This document shows positions 43,836 to 56,858 of a stretch of 64,000 nt of DNA, piece by piece. The position numbers and the translations under genes were made by a program. The stretch is from an uncultured beta proteobacterium. Lineage in GTDB: Bacteria; Pseudomonadota; Gammaproteobacteria; Burkholderiales; Burkholderiaceae_C. Numbering within the stretch: position 1 is the stretch's first letter; each line of letters begins with the position of its first letter. The notes under the pieces are model-generated. The model had not been told where the DNA came from, ran no database searches, and worked only from the letters and a program-made list of their open reading frames with translations. The stretch is taken from assembly GCA_963706685.1 (NCBI GenBank), contig CAVPMY010000012.1, forward strand, positions 48,564 through 112,563, read 5' to 3'.

Positions 43836-45338
43836 ATGAACTCTCAACAACGCGCCGCCGGCGTCCTGCTGCACATCACCTCGCTGCCCGGCCCGCACGG
43901 CATCGGCGATTTCGGTGCCGACGCCTATCGCTTCGTCGATTGGCTGGCCAGCGCCAAGCAGACCCTGTGGCAATGGCTGCCGACGACGCCGGTCGGGCCC
44001 GGCGACTCGCCCTACCAGAGTCCGTCGGCGTTTGCCGGCAGCCCGCTGATGGTGGCGCTGGAGCCGCTGGTCGAACGGGGATGGTTGGACACGATCACGC
44101 CGCCGGCCGAAGGCTTCTCGAGTGCGCGCGTCGAATTCAGCCGCGTCATTCCGTGGCGCGACGAGCAGTTGCGCCGCGCCGCGCGCGGCTTTTTCTCGCG
44201 CGCCGATGCCGATCAACGCACGGCCTTCACCGCCTGGTGCCAGCAGGAAGCGCCGTGGCTCGACGACTACGCCTTGTTCATGGCCCTGTTCTACGCCCAC
44301 GGCAGCACGCCGTGGTGGCAGTGGGCGCGGCCGCTGCGCAAGCGCGACAAGAGGGCGCTGGCGCGGGCGCGCACGCAACATGCGCAGGAGATCGACTTCT
44401 GGCGCTTCGTGCAATGGTGCTGGGACACGCAGTGCCATGCGCTCAAGGCCTACGCCAACGAGCGCGGCGTGCGATTGATCGGCGACATCCCGATCTATGT
44501 CGCCGACAACAGCGCCGATGTCTGGTCGCGGCAGGATCTGTACGAACTCGACGCCGAAGGCATGCCGGTGGCGGTGGCCGGCGCGCCGCCTGACGACCTG
44601 GGCCCCGAAGGCCAGCGTTGGGGCAACCCGCTGTACAAGTGGGAGCGCATGGCCAAGGAGGACTACGCGTGGTGGGCGCTGCGCGTGCAGCATGCGCTCG
44701 AGCAGGCCGACATCGTGCGCATCGACCACTTCCGCGGCTTTGCCGGCTACTGGGTCATCCCGGCTGACAGCCAGACCGCACGCGCCGGGCATTGGGCCTC
44801 CGGGCCCGGCTTGTCGCTGTTCACGGCCATCGAAAAGCGACTCGGCAAGTTGCCCATCATTGCCGAAGACCTGGGACTGATCACCCCCGACGTGGTGGCG
44901 CTGATCGCGGCCTGCGGCTTCCCGCGCATGAAGGTGCTGATCTTCGCCTTCGGCGGTGATGGCACGCATGAGTTCCTGCCGCACAACTTCGTGCCGGCCA
45001 ACATCGTCTACACCAGCACGCACGACACCGATACCGCCCGTGGTTGGTGGGACAAGGCCAGCGAGGCCGAGCGCCACTTCGCCGGCAGCTACCTGGCCTG
45101 TGACGCCGAGAGTTTTCATTGGGCGGCGATCCGCGCCTGCATGAACTCGGTGTCCAGGCTGGCGGTGTTTGCGCTGCAGGACGTGATCGGCTTGCCGAGC
45201 GAGCACCGCATGAACCTGCCGGGCACGCTCGGGGCAGAGAACTGGAGCTGGCGCTTCGAGTGGCCGATGGTCAACGGCGATCATGCGCATGTGCTGGCAC
45301 TGATGGCGCACACCAGCGGGCGCGGGCCGGTGTCGTGA
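43836..45338 (+). CDS. malQ: 4-alpha-glucanotransferase (amylomaltase, GH77)
   Basis: Intact 500-aa ORF. GDIPIYV, RIDHFRGF, IIAEDLG. Confidence 0.9.
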   Translation: MNSQQRAAGVLLHITSLPGPHGIGDFGADAYRFVDWLASAKQTLWQWLPTTPVGPGDSPYQSPSAFAGSPLMVALEPLVERGWLDTITPPAEGFSSARVEFSRVIPWRDEQLRRAARGFFSRADADQRTAFTAWCQQEAPWLDDYALFMALFYAHGSTPWWQWARPLRKRDKRALARARTQHAQEIDFWRFVQWCWDTQCHALKAYANERGVRLIGDIPIYVADNSADVWSRQDLYELDAEGMPVAVAGAPPDDLGPEGQRWGNPLYKWERMAKEDYAWWALRVQHALEQADIVRIDHFRGFAGYWVIPADSQTARAGHWASGPGLSLFTAIEKRLGKLPIIAEDLGLITPDVVALIAACGFPRMKVLIFAFGGDGTHEFLPHNFVPANIVYTSTHDTDTARGWWDKASEAERHFAGSYLACDAESFHWAAIRACMNSVSRLAVFALQDVIGLPSEHRMNLPGTLGAENWSWRFEWPMVNGDHAHVLALMAHTSGRGPVS

Positions 45339-45507
45339 CGCTGCTGGCTCGCTGAAGCGTCGGCCACGCTGCGCCAGCGGCGGCGTGAACCGTCGCGGGG
45401 CCGGTTCGTCGCACCGAGGTCGCGTCTTGCAGCGCTCGGCAGTTAAGCTTGTCGGTTATGGCCTGCGCCAACCCACGGCGCCACCAATGTTCTGCGGAGA
45501 TCCCGAG

Positions 45508-46689
45508 ATGCTTTTGCTTCGCCTGGCTGCGCTGTGCGCTGCTGCTTTGTTGATGACAGCTTGCGGCAAGCAAGGGGGCGATGGCGCCGCGCCTGTGGCC
45601 GGTGCCGCTTCGGCGGCCGTGAGCGCCGCGGTCGCCGATGCAGCCTCTGCCCCGGTGTTGCTGCTGTCGCCGGAAGACCTGAGCAAGGTGACGACGGCGG
45701 GCAGCGGCAACGGGCCGGTGGTGACCGGCTCGATCCAGCCTGAAATGCGAGCCGACCTGCGCGCCGAGGTGGCCGCCGTGGTGACCGGCGTGCTCAAAGA
45801 CAACGGCGAGACCGTCAAGCGCGGCGACTTGTTGATGCGCCTCGATGACACGGCGATCCGTGAGTCGCTGCAGTCGGCCGAGGCCGGCGCACGGGCTGCG
45901 GCGCAGGCCTTCGAGCAGGCCGAGCGCCAGGTTGCGCGCCTGAAGACGCTGCAGGCGCAGGGCATGACATCGGTGCAGGCGCTCGACGATGCCGAGGGCC
46001 GGCGCAACAGCGCACGCAGCGAACTCGTGGCCGCGCGCTCGCGGGTCGCCGCTGCGCAGCAGCAACTGCGCCGCACCGAAGTGCGCGCGCCGTTCGACGG
46101 TGTGGTCAGCGAGCGCAAGGCCTCGGTCGGCGACACGGCGCAGATCGGCAAGGAACTGGTCAAGGTGATCGACCCGCGCAGCATGCGCTTCGAGGGCTTG
46201 ATCTCGGCCGACCGCCTGGACGACGTGAAACTCGGGCAAGGCGTGAGCTTTCGCGTCAACGGCTTCGGCGACGAGGCATTTGCCGGCACCGTCAAGCGCA
46301 TCGACGCCACCGCCAATGCCACCACGCGCCAGGTCGAAGTGCTGGTGGCCTTTGCCGACGGCGTCAAGGCGCCGCGCGTGGCCGGGCTCTATGCCGAAGG
46401 CCGCATCGCCGGCGGCGGCCCGGCCGTGGCGCGCCTGGCCGAAAGCTCTGTCGTGCGCAGCGCCGCGGCCGGGACTGCAGGCGAAACGACCCATGTCTGG
46501 CGCGTCAAGGACGGCCGCATCGAGAAGGTGGCGGTGCAACTGGGCGCGCGCGACGAGCGCAGCGGCGAGTTCGAATTGAAGAGCGGCCTGGCCGATGGCG
46601 ACATCGTGCTGCGCCATCCGGGCGACGCCCTGGTTGACGGCCAACGGATTGAAATGGCCAAGCCGGTCGCGGCGGCGGCGCCGAAGTGA
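45508..46689 (+). CDS. RND efflux periplasmic adaptor (membrane fusion protein)
   Basis: Frame of ORF 45385..46689. ATG 45508 with lipobox LLMTAC. Coiled-coil plus beta-barrel layout. Confidence 0.85.
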   Translation: MLLLRLAALCAAALLMTACGKQGGDGAAPVAGAASAAVSAAVADAASAPVLLLSPEDLSKVTTAGSGNGPVVTGSIQPEMRADLRAEVAAVVTGVLKDNGETVKRGDLLMRLDDTAIRESLQSAEAGARAAAQAFEQAERQVARLKTLQAQGMTSVQALDDAEGRRNSARSELVAARSRVAAAQQQLRRTEVRAPFDGVVSERKASVGDTAQIGKELVKVIDPRSMRFEGLISADRLDDVKLGQGVSFRVNGFGDEAFAGTVKRIDATANATTRQVEVLVAFADGVKAPRVAGLYAEGRIAGGGPAVARLAESSVVRSAAAGTAGETTHVWRVKDGRIEKVAVQLGARDERSGEFELKSGLADGDIVLRHPGDALVDGQRIEMAKPVAAAAPK

Positions 46690-46709
46690 GCAGCGAAGGC
46701 TGAAGCGCC

Positions 46710-49700
46710 ATGTTCCTGTCCAACTTCAGCGTCAAGCGGCCGATCGCGATGGTCGTCATCATCATCGGCCTGATGGGCCTGGGGCTGCTCGCGCTGTCCA
46801 AGCTGCGCGTCAACCAGTTCCCGGATATCGAGCCGCCGCTGCTGGTGGTGACGATCACCTACCCCGGTGCGTCGCCCGATACCGTCGAGCGCGAGATCGT
46901 GACCCGGCTCGACAAGCTGTTTTTGTCGATCTCCGGCGTCGACCGCCTGAACGCCACGGCCCGCGAAGGCAGCGCGCAGTTCCAGATCTTCTTCGCCTTC
47001 TCCAAGAACCTGATCGAGGCCGCCGACGAGGTGCGCAACGCCATCGGCACGGTGCGCTACAAGCTGCCGCTGGAGATCCGCGAGCCGGTGATCACGCGCG
47101 CCGACCCGGGCGCGCAGCCGATCATGCAAATCGCGCTGTCGTCGACGGTGCAAAGCCATGCCGACATCTCGCGCCTGGCCGAGGACACGCTGGCCGACCG
47201 CTTTCGCGGCTTGCCGGGCGTGTCCACCGTCAACGTCAACGGCGCGCTGCGGCGCGAGCTGTCGGTGCTGCTGCACGCTGCGAAGCTGCGCGAGTATTCG
47301 ATCTCGGTGGCCGAGATCGTCAACGCGCTGCGTGCACAGAACACCACGGCGCCGGTGGGCAAGGTGCGCGGCGCGCTGGAGGACCAGAGCATCCGCCTGG
47401 TCGGCCGCATCGAGACACCGTCCGAGTTCGAGCAGATCGTGGTCCGCCGCCGCGGCAGCGAGCTGCTGCGGCTCGGCCAGGTGGCCACCATCAGCGACGG
47501 CTTCGCCGAAGTCACCGGGCACTCGTTTCGCAGCGGCCGGCCCAATGTCGGCCTGTCGGTGGCGCGCTCGCGCGATGCCAGCACGGTCAGCGTCGCCAAC
47601 GAGGTGCGCAAGACCGTCGACGAGATCCGCAGGACGCTGCCTGCCGGCAGCGCGCTCGAGGTGACGCAGGACGGCGGCAAGGACGCACAGAACAGCCTGG
47701 ACAACGTCATCCACGCGCTGGCATTCGGCGCCGTGCTGACGGTGTTCGTGGTCTACATCTTCCTCAACTCGTGGCGCTCGACGCTGATCACCGCGCTGTC
47801 GCTGCCGACGTCGGTCATCGCCAGCTTCATCGCCGTCTGGCTGGCCGGCTTCACGCTCAACTTCATGAGCCTGCTCGGCCTGTCGCTGGCCATCGGCGTG
47901 CTGATCGACGACGCGATCGTCGTCCGCGAGAACATCGTGCGCCACCTCGAGCGCGGTGCCGATCGCGTCAGCGCGGCGCTCAACGGCACCGCCGAGATCG
48001 GGCTGGCCGTGGCCGCCACCACGTTCTCGATCGTCGCCGTGTTCGTGCCGGTGGCCTTCATGGACGGCATCTCGGGGCAGTGGTTCCGGCCGTTCGCGAT
48101 CACGGTCGTGGCCTCGGTGGCGGTCAGCCTGTTCATCTCGTTCACGCTCGACCCGATGCTGTCGGCCTACTGGGGCGACCCTCCCGGCCACCACAAAGCC
48201 ACCAGACACGGCTTCAGCCGTGTTCTCCAATCCTTCAATACCTGGTTCGACCACCAGGCCGACCGCTACGGCGACGTCATCGCCTGGGCGCTGCACCACC
48301 GGCGCTGGATGTTCTTCCTGGCCGTCGCCACCTTCGCCGCGGCCATTGGGCTGCAGTTCAAGTTCGGCGGCTCGAGCTTCCTGCCGGCGTCGGACGCGGG
48401 CGTGCTGGCCATCGACGTGCGCACACCGGCTTCGTCGAGCCTGGACTACGCGCGGCTCAAGGTCGAGGCCGCGTCGACCCTGGCCCGCACGTTGGCGGAG
48501 ACCAAGGCCACCAACAGTTATGTCAACCCGAACGGCGGCCGCGTCTACGTGGACATCGGCAAGAGCATCGCGCGCAAGCGCTCGCACCGCGAGATCGCCA
48601 AGGACCTGCGCGCGCTGACGGCGCGCCTGGTCGGCGCCGAGTACGTTGTGTTGGAGGACTTCAACCTCGGCGCGCAAAAGCCGGTGCAGGTGCGCTTCAC
48701 CGGCCCCGATTCGCGCCAGCTGCTCGAGATCACCAGCGAGTTCATGGCCAGGCTGCGCCAGGTGCCGGGCGCGGCCGATGTCGGCTTGTCCGAGCAGGAC
48801 CCGCAGAACGAACTCAAGATCGAGCTCGACCGCGGCCTGGCCAACGCGCTCGGCATCTCGGCCAACGACGCCGCGCAGGCGCTGCGCGTGGCTTTTGCCG
48901 GCGTCGAGGTCGGCGACTGGGTGGACCCGACCGGTGAAACGCGCGACGTGGCGGTGCGCCTGGCGCCGGAGGACCGCGTCGATGCCAGCAACATCGAGCG
49001 CCTGCCGGTGGCCGTCGGCGGCGCCAACCAGATCGTGCCGCTCGAGCAGATTGCCACCATCACCGTCGGCAAGGCGCCGAGCCAGATCCAGCACAGCGAC
49101 GGCAAGCGCCAGATCACCGTCTCGGCCAACGCCCAGGGCCGCTCGTCGGGCGAGGTCACCGCCGACGCGCTGAAGATCGCCAACGCCATGACCTACCCGC
49201 CGGGCTACGGGCTCGAGCTGGCCGGCGGCTCGCGCGACCAGCAGGAGGTGTTCGGCCGCATGGCCGTGGCGCTGGTGGCCGGCGTGATGCTGATGTACCT
49301 GATCCTGGTCGTGCAGTTCGGCAGCTTCACCGCGCCGCTGCCGGTGATGTTCTCGCTGCCGCTGTCGCTGATCGGCGTCGTCACGGCGCTGCTGCTGACC
49401 AGCAACACGCTCAACCTGATGAGCTTCATCGGCGTCATCATGCTGATGGGGCTGGTGGCCAAGAACGCCATCCTGCTGCTCGACGCCGCACGCAACGAGG
49501 AGCGCGCCGGCGTCGAGCGCGAAGAGGCGCTGATGCACGCCGGCCGCAAGCGCTTCCGGCCGATCCTGATGACCACCTTCGCGCTGGTCGCCGGCATGAT
49601 GCCGGTGGCCATCGGCGTCGGCGAGGGCGGCGAGTTCTACCGCCCGATGGCCGTGGCCATCATCGGCGGCGTCATCACCTCGACGCTGCTGACGCTGCTC

Positions 49701-49814
49701 GTCATCCCGAGCTTCTACGACTCGATCGAGATCTGGCGCGAGAAGTTCATGCGGCTGGTGACGCGGCTGCGCGGCAAGGCGGGCGTGAGCGCGGACGTGA
49801 TCGGCGCGAAGTAG
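46710..49814 (+). CDS. RND efflux inner-membrane transporter (AcrB/AcrD/AcrF family)
   Basis: Intact 1034-aa ORF, 12 TM with two large periplasmic loops. Confidence 0.9.
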   Translation: MFLSNFSVKRPIAMVVIIIGLMGLGLLALSKLRVNQFPDIEPPLLVVTITYPGASPDTVEREIVTRLDKLFLSISGVDRLNATAREGSAQFQIFFAFSKNLIEAADEVRNAIGTVRYKLPLEIREPVITRADPGAQPIMQIALSSTVQSHADISRLAEDTLADRFRGLPGVSTVNVNGALRRELSVLLHAAKLREYSISVAEIVNALRAQNTTAPVGKVRGALEDQSIRLVGRIETPSEFEQIVVRRRGSELLRLGQVATISDGFAEVTGHSFRSGRPNVGLSVARSRDASTVSVANEVRKTVDEIRRTLPAGSALEVTQDGGKDAQNSLDNVIHALAFGAVLTVFVVYIFLNSWRSTLITALSLPTSVIASFIAVWLAGFTLNFMSLLGLSLAIGVLIDDAIVVRENIVRHLERGADRVSAALNGTAEIGLAVAATTFSIVAVFVPVAFMDGISGQWFRPFAITVVASVAVSLFISFTLDPMLSAYWGDPPGHHKATRHGFSRVLQSFNTWFDHQADRYGDVIAWALHHRRWMFFLAVATFAAAIGLQFKFGGSSFLPASDAGVLAIDVRTPASSSLDYARLKVEAASTLARTLAETKATNSYVNPNGGRVYVDIGKSIARKRSHREIAKDLRALTARLVGAEYVVLEDFNLGAQKPVQVRFTGPDSRQLLEITSEFMARLRQVPGAADVGLSEQDPQNELKIELDRGLANALGISANDAAQALRVAFAGVEVGDWVDPTGETRDVAVRLAPEDRVDASNIERLPVAVGGANQIVPLEQIATITVGKAPSQIQHSDGKRQITVSANAQGRSSGEVTADALKIANAMTYPPGYGLELAGGSRDQQEVFGRMAVALVAGVMLMYLILVVQFGSFTAPLPVMFSLPLSLIGVVTALLLTSNTLNLMSFIGVIMLMGLVAKNAILLLDAARNEERAGVEREEALMHAGRKRFRPILMTTFALVAGMMPVAIGVGEGGEFYRPMAVAIIGGVITSTLLTLLVIPSFYDSIEIWREKFMRLVTRLRGKAGVSADVIGAK

Positions 49815-50016
49815 CAGTGCCGGTCCGCGCGCCGGCAGACCCTGCGGCGGCTGCAGCTCGAACCCAGCTGCGCCCACGGGCAGCGTGGCCGTTTCCAACA
49901 TCGACCAAGCCCTGAAAACCGGCCCTCTTTACCGAAGCTTCACACACGGCCGACATACGCGAAATGCTGCAGTGCACAATTGATCTTCACTCTACAGCCC
50001 ACGCTGATCAGCCCAC

Positions 50017-51513
50017 ATGAAGCCGAGAATGGCACCGCGCTCCGCCCGCCCGATGGGCCCAAGACTTTGGCCCATCGCCTTGGCCGTCTTGTTGACAGCC
50101 TGCGCCAGCTTGCCGGACCCCGCGGCGACAGAGATGCCGAGAGATGTGCCGACGCAATGGTCAACCGGCGCGGCACGCGCAGGTGAATCGGCCACTGACT
50201 TGTCCGCCTGGTGGCAACGCTTCGACGATCCCGCCCTCGCCGACTTGATCACCAAGGCACTCGAGGCCAACACCAGCGTGCAGAGCGCGCAGGCGGCGCT
50301 GCGCCAGTCACGTGCGCTGGCCGAGGTGGCGCGAGCGGGCCTGAGCCCATCGGTGAGCGTTTCGGGATCGGCGCAACGCAGTCGATCGGACAGCAGCGGC
50401 ACCAGCAATGCGTTCAGGGCCAGCGTGGGCGCCAGCTGGGAGCCCGACCTCTTCGGTGGCAACCGCGCTGCGGCCAACGCCAGCGAAACCGACGCGCAGG
50501 CCTCGGCCGCCAGCCTGGCGAGCGTGCAGGTATCCCTCGCCGCCGAGGTGGCGTCCAGCTACATCAACCTGCGCGGCCTGCAGGCCCGGCTGGCCATTGC
50601 GCGCAGCAATCTGGCCACACAAACCGAAACGCTGCAGATCACACGCTGGCGTGCCCAGGCCGGTCTGGTCTCGTCGCTGGACGTGGAGCAGGCAGTCAGC
50701 GCCGCCGAACAGACGCAGGCCCAGATTCCCGCGCTGCAAACCAGCGTGGCCCAGACCTTGAACGCGCTGGCCGTGCTGACCGGGCAAGCCCCGGGTACGT
50801 TGAACACCACCTTGGGCGACGCCGCACCGATCCCGCCCGCCCCGGCCGATCTGGCCCTGGCCTTTCCCGCCGACACGCTGCGCCAGCGGCCCGACGTGCG
50901 CGCCGCCGAGCTGAAGGTGCGCTCGGCGTGGTCGCGCGTGGCGGTGGCCGATGCGGCGCGCTACCCGAGCTTCAGCCTGAGTGGCTCGCTCGGCCTTTCG
51001 TCGCTGACGCTGGGCAGCCTCACCGACAGCGCGTCGCTGGTCAGGTCGCTGCTGGCCAGCGTGTCGGCGCCGCTGTTCGACGGCGGCGCAGCCCAGGCCC
51101 AGGTGCGTGCCCAGGAAGCGGCGCTGGACCAGGCCCGTGCGAGCTACCGCGACACCGTGCTCACCGCACTGCAGGACGTGGAGGACGCACTGGTCGCCAT
51201 CCAGGGTGACAGCGAGCGTCTGATGCGGCTGCAGGCCGCTGCCACCGCCGCGGCCAACGCCGAGCTGCTGGCACGCCAGCGCTACGAGAGCGGCCTGATC
51301 GATTTCGCCACCGTGCTCGGCACGCAGCGCACCCTGCTGTCGGCCCAGGACAGCGTGGCCATCACGCAGGCCAGCCTGAGTGCCAACCACGTTCGTCTGT
51401 ACAGGGCGCTGGGCGGTGGCTGGACGCCCGACAGCGCATCCGGCGCCCCCATCGCCCCCGTCGCCACCTCGCCAGCGACGGTCCGCCGGACGAGCCACGC
51501 CGTTGCGAACTGA
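50017..51513 (+). CDS. outer-membrane efflux lipoprotein (NodT/OprM family)
   Basis: Intact 498-aa ORF. Lipobox LLTAC. Two-repeat OMF architecture. The start may be at a later Met. Confidence 0.85.
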   Translation: MKPRMAPRSARPMGPRLWPIALAVLLTACASLPDPAATEMPRDVPTQWSTGAARAGESATDLSAWWQRFDDPALADLITKALEANTSVQSAQAALRQSRALAEVARAGLSPSVSVSGSAQRSRSDSSGTSNAFRASVGASWEPDLFGGNRAAANASETDAQASAASLASVQVSLAAEVASSYINLRGLQARLAIARSNLATQTETLQITRWRAQAGLVSSLDVEQAVSAAEQTQAQIPALQTSVAQTLNALAVLTGQAPGTLNTTLGDAAPIPPAPADLALAFPADTLRQRPDVRAAELKVRSAWSRVAVADAARYPSFSLSGSLGLSSLTLGSLTDSASLVRSLLASVSAPLFDGGAAQAQVRAQEAALDQARASYRDTVLTALQDVEDALVAIQGDSERLMRLQAAATAAANAELLARQRYESGLIDFATVLGTQRTLLSAQDSVAITQASLSANHVRLYRALGGGWTPDSASGAPIAPVATSPATVRRTSHAVAN

Positions 51514-51529
51514 CACCCACTGCCACGCC

Positions 51530-52834
51530 ATGAACAAGAAAACCGCCCCTCCCACCGACCTGCAAACCCTGCTGGGCGAGGACCATCCGCCGCGCTGGTG
51601 GCAGCGCAGTTCGCTCTGGATCGGCCTGGTCGCCCTGCTGATCGTGGCCGGCGGTGTCTACTACTGGCAGGCACAAAGCGCCAGCAAGGCCGCGCCCGCT
51701 TACGTGACCACCGAGCTGCGCAAGGGCCATCTCACGCTCAGCGTCTCGGCCAACGGCACGCTGCAGCCGACGCGCTCGGTGAATGTCGGCAGCGAGCTCT
51801 CGGGCACGGTCAAGCGCGTGCTGGTGGACGTGAACGACCGCGTCAAGGCTGGCCAGGTGATGGTGGAGCTGGATGCGTCGAAGTTCAGCGACCAGGTGAC
51901 CCGCTCGCGCGCCTCGCTCGCCGCCGCGCAGGCCCAGCTCGCGCAGAGCAAGGCCACCGTCACCGAATCCCGCGCCAGCCTGGCGCGCCTGGAGGAAGTC
52001 TTCAAGCTCTCGGGCGGCAAGGTGCCTTCGGCCGACCGAACTCGACACCGCGCGCGCCGCGCTGGCGCGCGCCGAGGCCAACGAAGCCAGCGCCGGTGCC
52101 AACGTCGGCGTGGCCAAGGCCACGCTCTCGACGGATGAGACCAATCTCTCCAAGGCCTCGATCCGCTCGCCCATCGACGGCGTGGTGCTCAGCCGCTCGG
52201 TCGATCCGGGCAACGCGGTGGCCGCGTCGCTGCAGGCCGTGACCTTGTTCACCGTGGCCGAGAACCTGACCCAGCTGCAGCTCGAAGCCAGCGTCGACGA
52301 GGCCGACGTGGGCTCGGTGAAGGAAGGGCAGAAGGCCAGCTTCACCGTCAGCGCCTACCCCTCGCGCCGTTTCCCGGCCACCATCAGCCGCGTGGCCTTC
52401 GGCTCGACCACCACCAACAACGTGGTGACCTACGTGGCCACGCTCGACGTGGACAACCAGGACCTCGCCCTGCGCCCCGGCATGACGGCGGTGGCCACCA
52501 TCGTCGCGACCGAGCGCAACGATGTGCTGCTGGTGCCCAACACCGCGCTGCGCTTCTCGCCCACCACGGCCGCCGCGGCGAGCACCTCTTCGGGCGGAAG
52601 CAGCATCCTGTCCAAGATGATGCCGCGCCCGCCGCGCAGCAGCAGCACCAAGGTGGCCGGCACCGAGAGCAAGGCCCCGGGCACGCGCCAGATCTGGGTG
52701 CTGCAGGACGGCCAGCCGGTGGCCGTGCAGGTGCAGACCGGCATCAGCGACGGCCGCATGACCGAGGTCAGCGGCGACCAGCTCAGGCCCGGCATGGCCG
52801 TCATCACCGACCAGCGCAGCGCAGGCGCCGCATC

Positions 52835-52838
<4 letters not shown>
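51530..52838 (+). pseudogene. HlyD/MacA-family periplasmic adaptor, 1 frame break
   Basis: MNKKTAPPTDLQ...LEEVFKLSGGKVPS / ELDTARAALARAEANEAS...IRSPIDGVVLSR... in two frames. Break near 52038. Confidence 0.8.
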
Positions 52839-53604
<766 letters not shown>

Positions 53605-53606
53605 CC

Positions 53607-54815
53607 ATGTGGCTCAACACGCTCCTGCTCGCGTTGCGTTCGATCCGGCGCAACCTGATGCGCTCCTTCCTCACCATCCTGGGCATCGTGATCGGCGTCA
53701 GCGCGGTCATCACGATGGTCACGGTGGGCAACGGCGCCACCGTGTCGGTGCAGAACCAGATCTCGGGGCTGGGCACCAACCTGTTGCAGGTCCGCCCGGG
53801 CCAGCGCATGGGTCCGGGCAGCGGCAGTTCCAGCGCGCCCTTCTTCAAGGACGGCGACGCCGAGGCCATCGCCACCCAGATCGGTGGCGTCGCGGCCGCA
53901 GCCCCCCAATCGCGCACGGGCGGCACGCTGGTGGCCAACGGCCGCAACTGGGCCAGCACCATCACCGGCAGCACCAACGAGTGGCTCAGCATCGGCAACT
54001 GGACGCTGGCCCAGGGGCGCGAGTTCTCCGACGCCGAGCAGCGCGCCGGCGCGGCGGTCTGCATGATCGGCGAGACCGTGCGGCGCGAACTGTTCGGCAG
54101 CAGCCCGGCGCTGGGCGAGTCGCTGCGCGTCAAGCAGATCAGCTGCGAGATCATCGCCGTGCTCGGCTCCAAGGGGCAGGGGTCGTTCGGCAACGACCAG
54201 GACGACCTGGTCTTCATGCCGATCAAGACGCTGCAGCGTCGCATCACCGGCAATACCCAGGTCAACGACTTGCTCGTGTCGATGGCCGATGGCAGCGACA
54301 GCACGCGCGTCAAGGCCAGCATGACGCAGCTGCTGCGCGAGCGCCGCAAGCTGGCCGACACCGACGAAGACAACTTCAACGTGCTCGACACCAAGCAGCT
54401 GGCCGATACGCTCTCGGGCACGACCAAGGTGATGACCACGCTGCTCGGTGCCGTGGCCGCGGTGAGCCTGCTGGTGGGCGGCATCGGCATCATGAACATC
54501 ATGCTGGTCAGCGTCACCGAGCGCACCCGCGAGATCGGCCTGCGCCTGGCCATCGGCGCGCTGGAGCGCGAGGTGCTGCTGCAGTTCCTGATCGAGGCCG
54601 TGGTGCTGGCCGCGCTGGGCGGACTGATCGGCATCGTGCTCGCCACCGCCGCCTCGATCGGCCTGTCGGGCTTGATGAACGTGCCCTACGCGTTCAACCC
54701 CGGCGTCAACCTGCTGAGCTTCGTCTTCTCGGCCGGCATCGGCGTGCTGTTCGGCTACTTCCCGGCCCGCCGGGCGGCGCGGCTGAACCCGATCGACGCG
54801 CTGCGGCACGAGTGA
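53607..54815 (+). CDS. ABC exporter permease (FtsX/MacB-type)
   Basis: ATG 53607, three nt after the ATPase TGA. Intact 402 aa. MacB periplasmic domain plus FtsX TM helices ([21 protein letters not shown]). Confidence 0.85.
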   Translation: MWLNTLLLALRSIRRNLMRSFLTILGIVIGVSAVITMVTVGNGATVSVQNQISGLGTNLLQVRPGQRMGPGSGSSSAPFFKDGDAEAIATQIGGVAAAAPQSRTGGTLVANGRNWASTITGSTNEWLSIGNWTLAQGREFSDAEQRAGAAVCMIGETVRRELFGSSPALGESLRVKQISCEIIAVLGSKGQGSFGNDQDDLVFMPIKTLQRRITGNTQVNDLLVSMADGSDSTRVKASMTQLLRERRKLADTDEDNFNVLDTKQLADTLSGTTKVMTTLLGAVAAVSLLVGGIGIMNIMLVSVTERTREIGLRLAIGALEREVLLQFLIEAVVLAALGGLIGIVLATAASIGLSGLMNVPYAFNPGVNLLSFVFSAGIGVLFGYFPARRAARLNPIDALRHE

Positions 54816-54893
54816 GTGACGGGCCGCGCCGCCGCGTCACGGACCCCCTCGTTGCAGGTGGTCACCGAGGCGCCCGGCACAAGCGCTCGTTCG

Positions 54894-56708
54894 TCAGTCC
54901 TCACCGCGACTGGCTGCATTGGTCGCCGGCGCGGGCGCGAAGCAGACGACGCTCCAACCCGCCTCCAGCTTGAAGCGTTGCTCCTTGGAGTTCAGGCGCA
55001 GCGTGCCGCTCGGTGAGACGCCCGCCAGCAACAGCCAGTCTTGGCCAGGTTTGCCCATGCGGGCCTTCAACGCGGCCCAGCCATAGCTCGGGGTGAGCTT
55101 GGACGTCTGAATGGTCCAGCCGTCGTCCATGTGCTGGTGCAGGACCTGGAAGTTCGCTTGCGGGTCGAAGGCGTCGTAGCCGCGTTGCTGCAGCGACATG
55201 CTTCTCAGCCCCTGGCCGGAGGCCTTGTGGGTGGCGAGCTGGAAGGTGCGGTGGTGGCCGAACCTGCGGCCCTGGGCCTTGCAGACCAGCGCGTTGTAGA
55301 AGTCGTTGTCGGTGGCGCACAGCAGGTGGTTCAGGTGCTGTGCTTCCAATGTGTGCTCAGCGTGATCGGACAGGATTTCGCCGTAGTAGACCTCGAGGCC
55401 CGCCATGCGCGCTTCCTTCAAGTGGTGGTACACACCGTCGACGATCAAGACCTCGATTCCGAGCTTGTTCAGCGCTTTCGCCAAGGCGCAGGACCAGCGC
55501 GTCGCACCGACGATCAGCAGGCCGTTGTCGCTCTTGGCGGCCAGGCCCAGCCGCCGGGCCAGGCGGCCGATGCTCAGGCCATGCGCGAGCACCGTGGCAA
55601 TGATGACCAGGAAGGTCACGGGCAGCAGCAGTTCGGCGTCCGGGTAGCCGGCAGCCACCAGCGCCGGCCCGAAGATGCCTGCCGTGGCGGCGGCGACGAT
55701 GCCGCGGGGCGCGATCCATGCGAGCAGCAGCTTGTCCTGCTTGCGCATCGGCGCGCCGATCGTGGCCAGGCCGATGGCGAGCGGCCGCACGATCAACAGG
55801 ATCGCCAGCACGAACCACAGCACGCGCCAGTTCAGCAGCTCGAGCTGGCTGACGTGCAGCTGTGACGGAATGACGATGAACAGCACCGACAACAGCAGCA
55901 CGGTCAGGCTTTCCTTGAAGCGCTGCAGCACTTCGCGCTCGGTCAGCTTCATGTTGCCGACGACGACGCCCATGACGGTGACGCTGAGCAGGCCGGCCTC
56001 GTGCTGCACCAGGTTGCTGACCCAGTAGACCGCCAGCACCAGCACCATCAGGATCGGCGGCTTCAGATGCTCCGGGACCACACCCCGCCGGTACATCCGG
56101 CCGGTGATCCACCCGCCCAGCCCGCCGAGCAGTGCAGCCGCGGCAACGGCAGCGGCCAGGCCGCTCAAGGTGTCGGCCAGCCCGCCGCCGGAAATGGTCA
56201 GGTACTGGAAGGTCAACACGGCCAGCAACACGCCCACGGGGTCGTTGACGATGCCTTCCCACTTCAGCAGCGAGGCCGACTCCTTGTTCAGCCGCGCCTG
56301 CCGCAGCAGCGGCAAGATGACGGTGGGGCCGGTGACCACCAGGATCGAGCCGAGCACCACGGCCACCGGCCAGCTCAAGCCGGCGAGGTAGTGGGCCGCC
56401 AGGCTGCCCAGCAACCAGGCCAGCGGCGGACCGACGATGGTCAAGCGGCCGATGCCATGGCCGACGCGACGAAACTCGGCGAGCTTCAGATCCATGCCGC
56501 CTTCGAACAGGATGATGGCCACGCCCAGGCCGATCAGATCGGCCAGTTCGGTCCGCGACAGCTGCAGTTCGATGACACCGGTCACCGGCCCCAGCACGAG
56601 CCCGGTGGCGATGAGCACGACGATGGCCGGCAGACCGAGCCGCCACGAGACCCACTGGCTGGCCAGCCCGGCCGCCAGCACGATCAGAAGCAGGGTTGCC
56701 GCATCCAT
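54894..56708 (-). CDS. CPA1-family Na+(K+)/H+ antiporter with C-terminal RCK/TrkA-N-like domain
   Basis: Intact 604-aa ORF. About 12 TM N-terminal exchanger domain. LLIVGATRW Rossmann-like segment. Confidence 0.85.
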   Translation of the reverse strand: MDAATLLLIVLAAGLASQWVSWRLGLPAIVVLIATGLVLGPVTGVIELQLSRTELADLIGLGVAIILFEGGMDLKLAEFRRVGHGIGRLTIVGPPLAWLLGSLAAHYLAGLSWPVAVVLGSILVVTGPTVILPLLRQARLNKESASLLKWEGIVNDPVGVLLAVLTFQYLTISGGGLADTLSGLAAAVAAAALLGGLGGWITGRMYRRGVVPEHLKPPILMVLVLAVYWVSNLVQHEAGLLSVTVMGVVVGNMKLTEREVLQRFKESLTVLLLSVLFIVIPSQLHVSQLELLNWRVLWFVLAILLIVRPLAIGLATIGAPMRKQDKLLLAWIAPRGIVAAATAGIFGPALVAAGYPDAELLLPVTFLVIIATVLAHGLSIGRLARRLGLAAKSDNGLLIVGATRWSCALAKALNKLGIEVLIVDGVYHHLKEARMAGLEVYYGEILSDHAEHTLEAQHLNHLLCATDNDFYNALVCKAQGRRFGHHRTFQLATHKASGQGLRSMSLQQRGYDAFDPQANFQVLHQHMDDGWTIQTSKLTPSYGWAALKARMGKPGQDWLLLAGVSPSGTLRLNSKEQRFKLEAGWSVVCFAPAPATNAASRGED

Positions 56709-56842
56709 GAGGGTTGGCTGTCCTCAGGCACGCCGCCTGGAACGCATGCCAGCGTGATCGCGGTTCAGAACGCGGCGCTCGGCTCGACCATCAGCTTGCC
56801 GGATCTGTCTTTGAACAAGGGCGCCTCCTGGGCAAAAAAGAA

Positions 56843-56858
56843 GGTCAACGCGTTGACC
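56843..56858. promoter_or_regulatory. perfect 16-bp palindrome GGTCAACGCGTTGACC in the antiporter/c-subunit divergent region
   Basis: Followed by an AT-rich TTGAATATAT. Conserved in the mirror copy at 62685-62700. Function unknown (operator candidate). Confidence 0.35.
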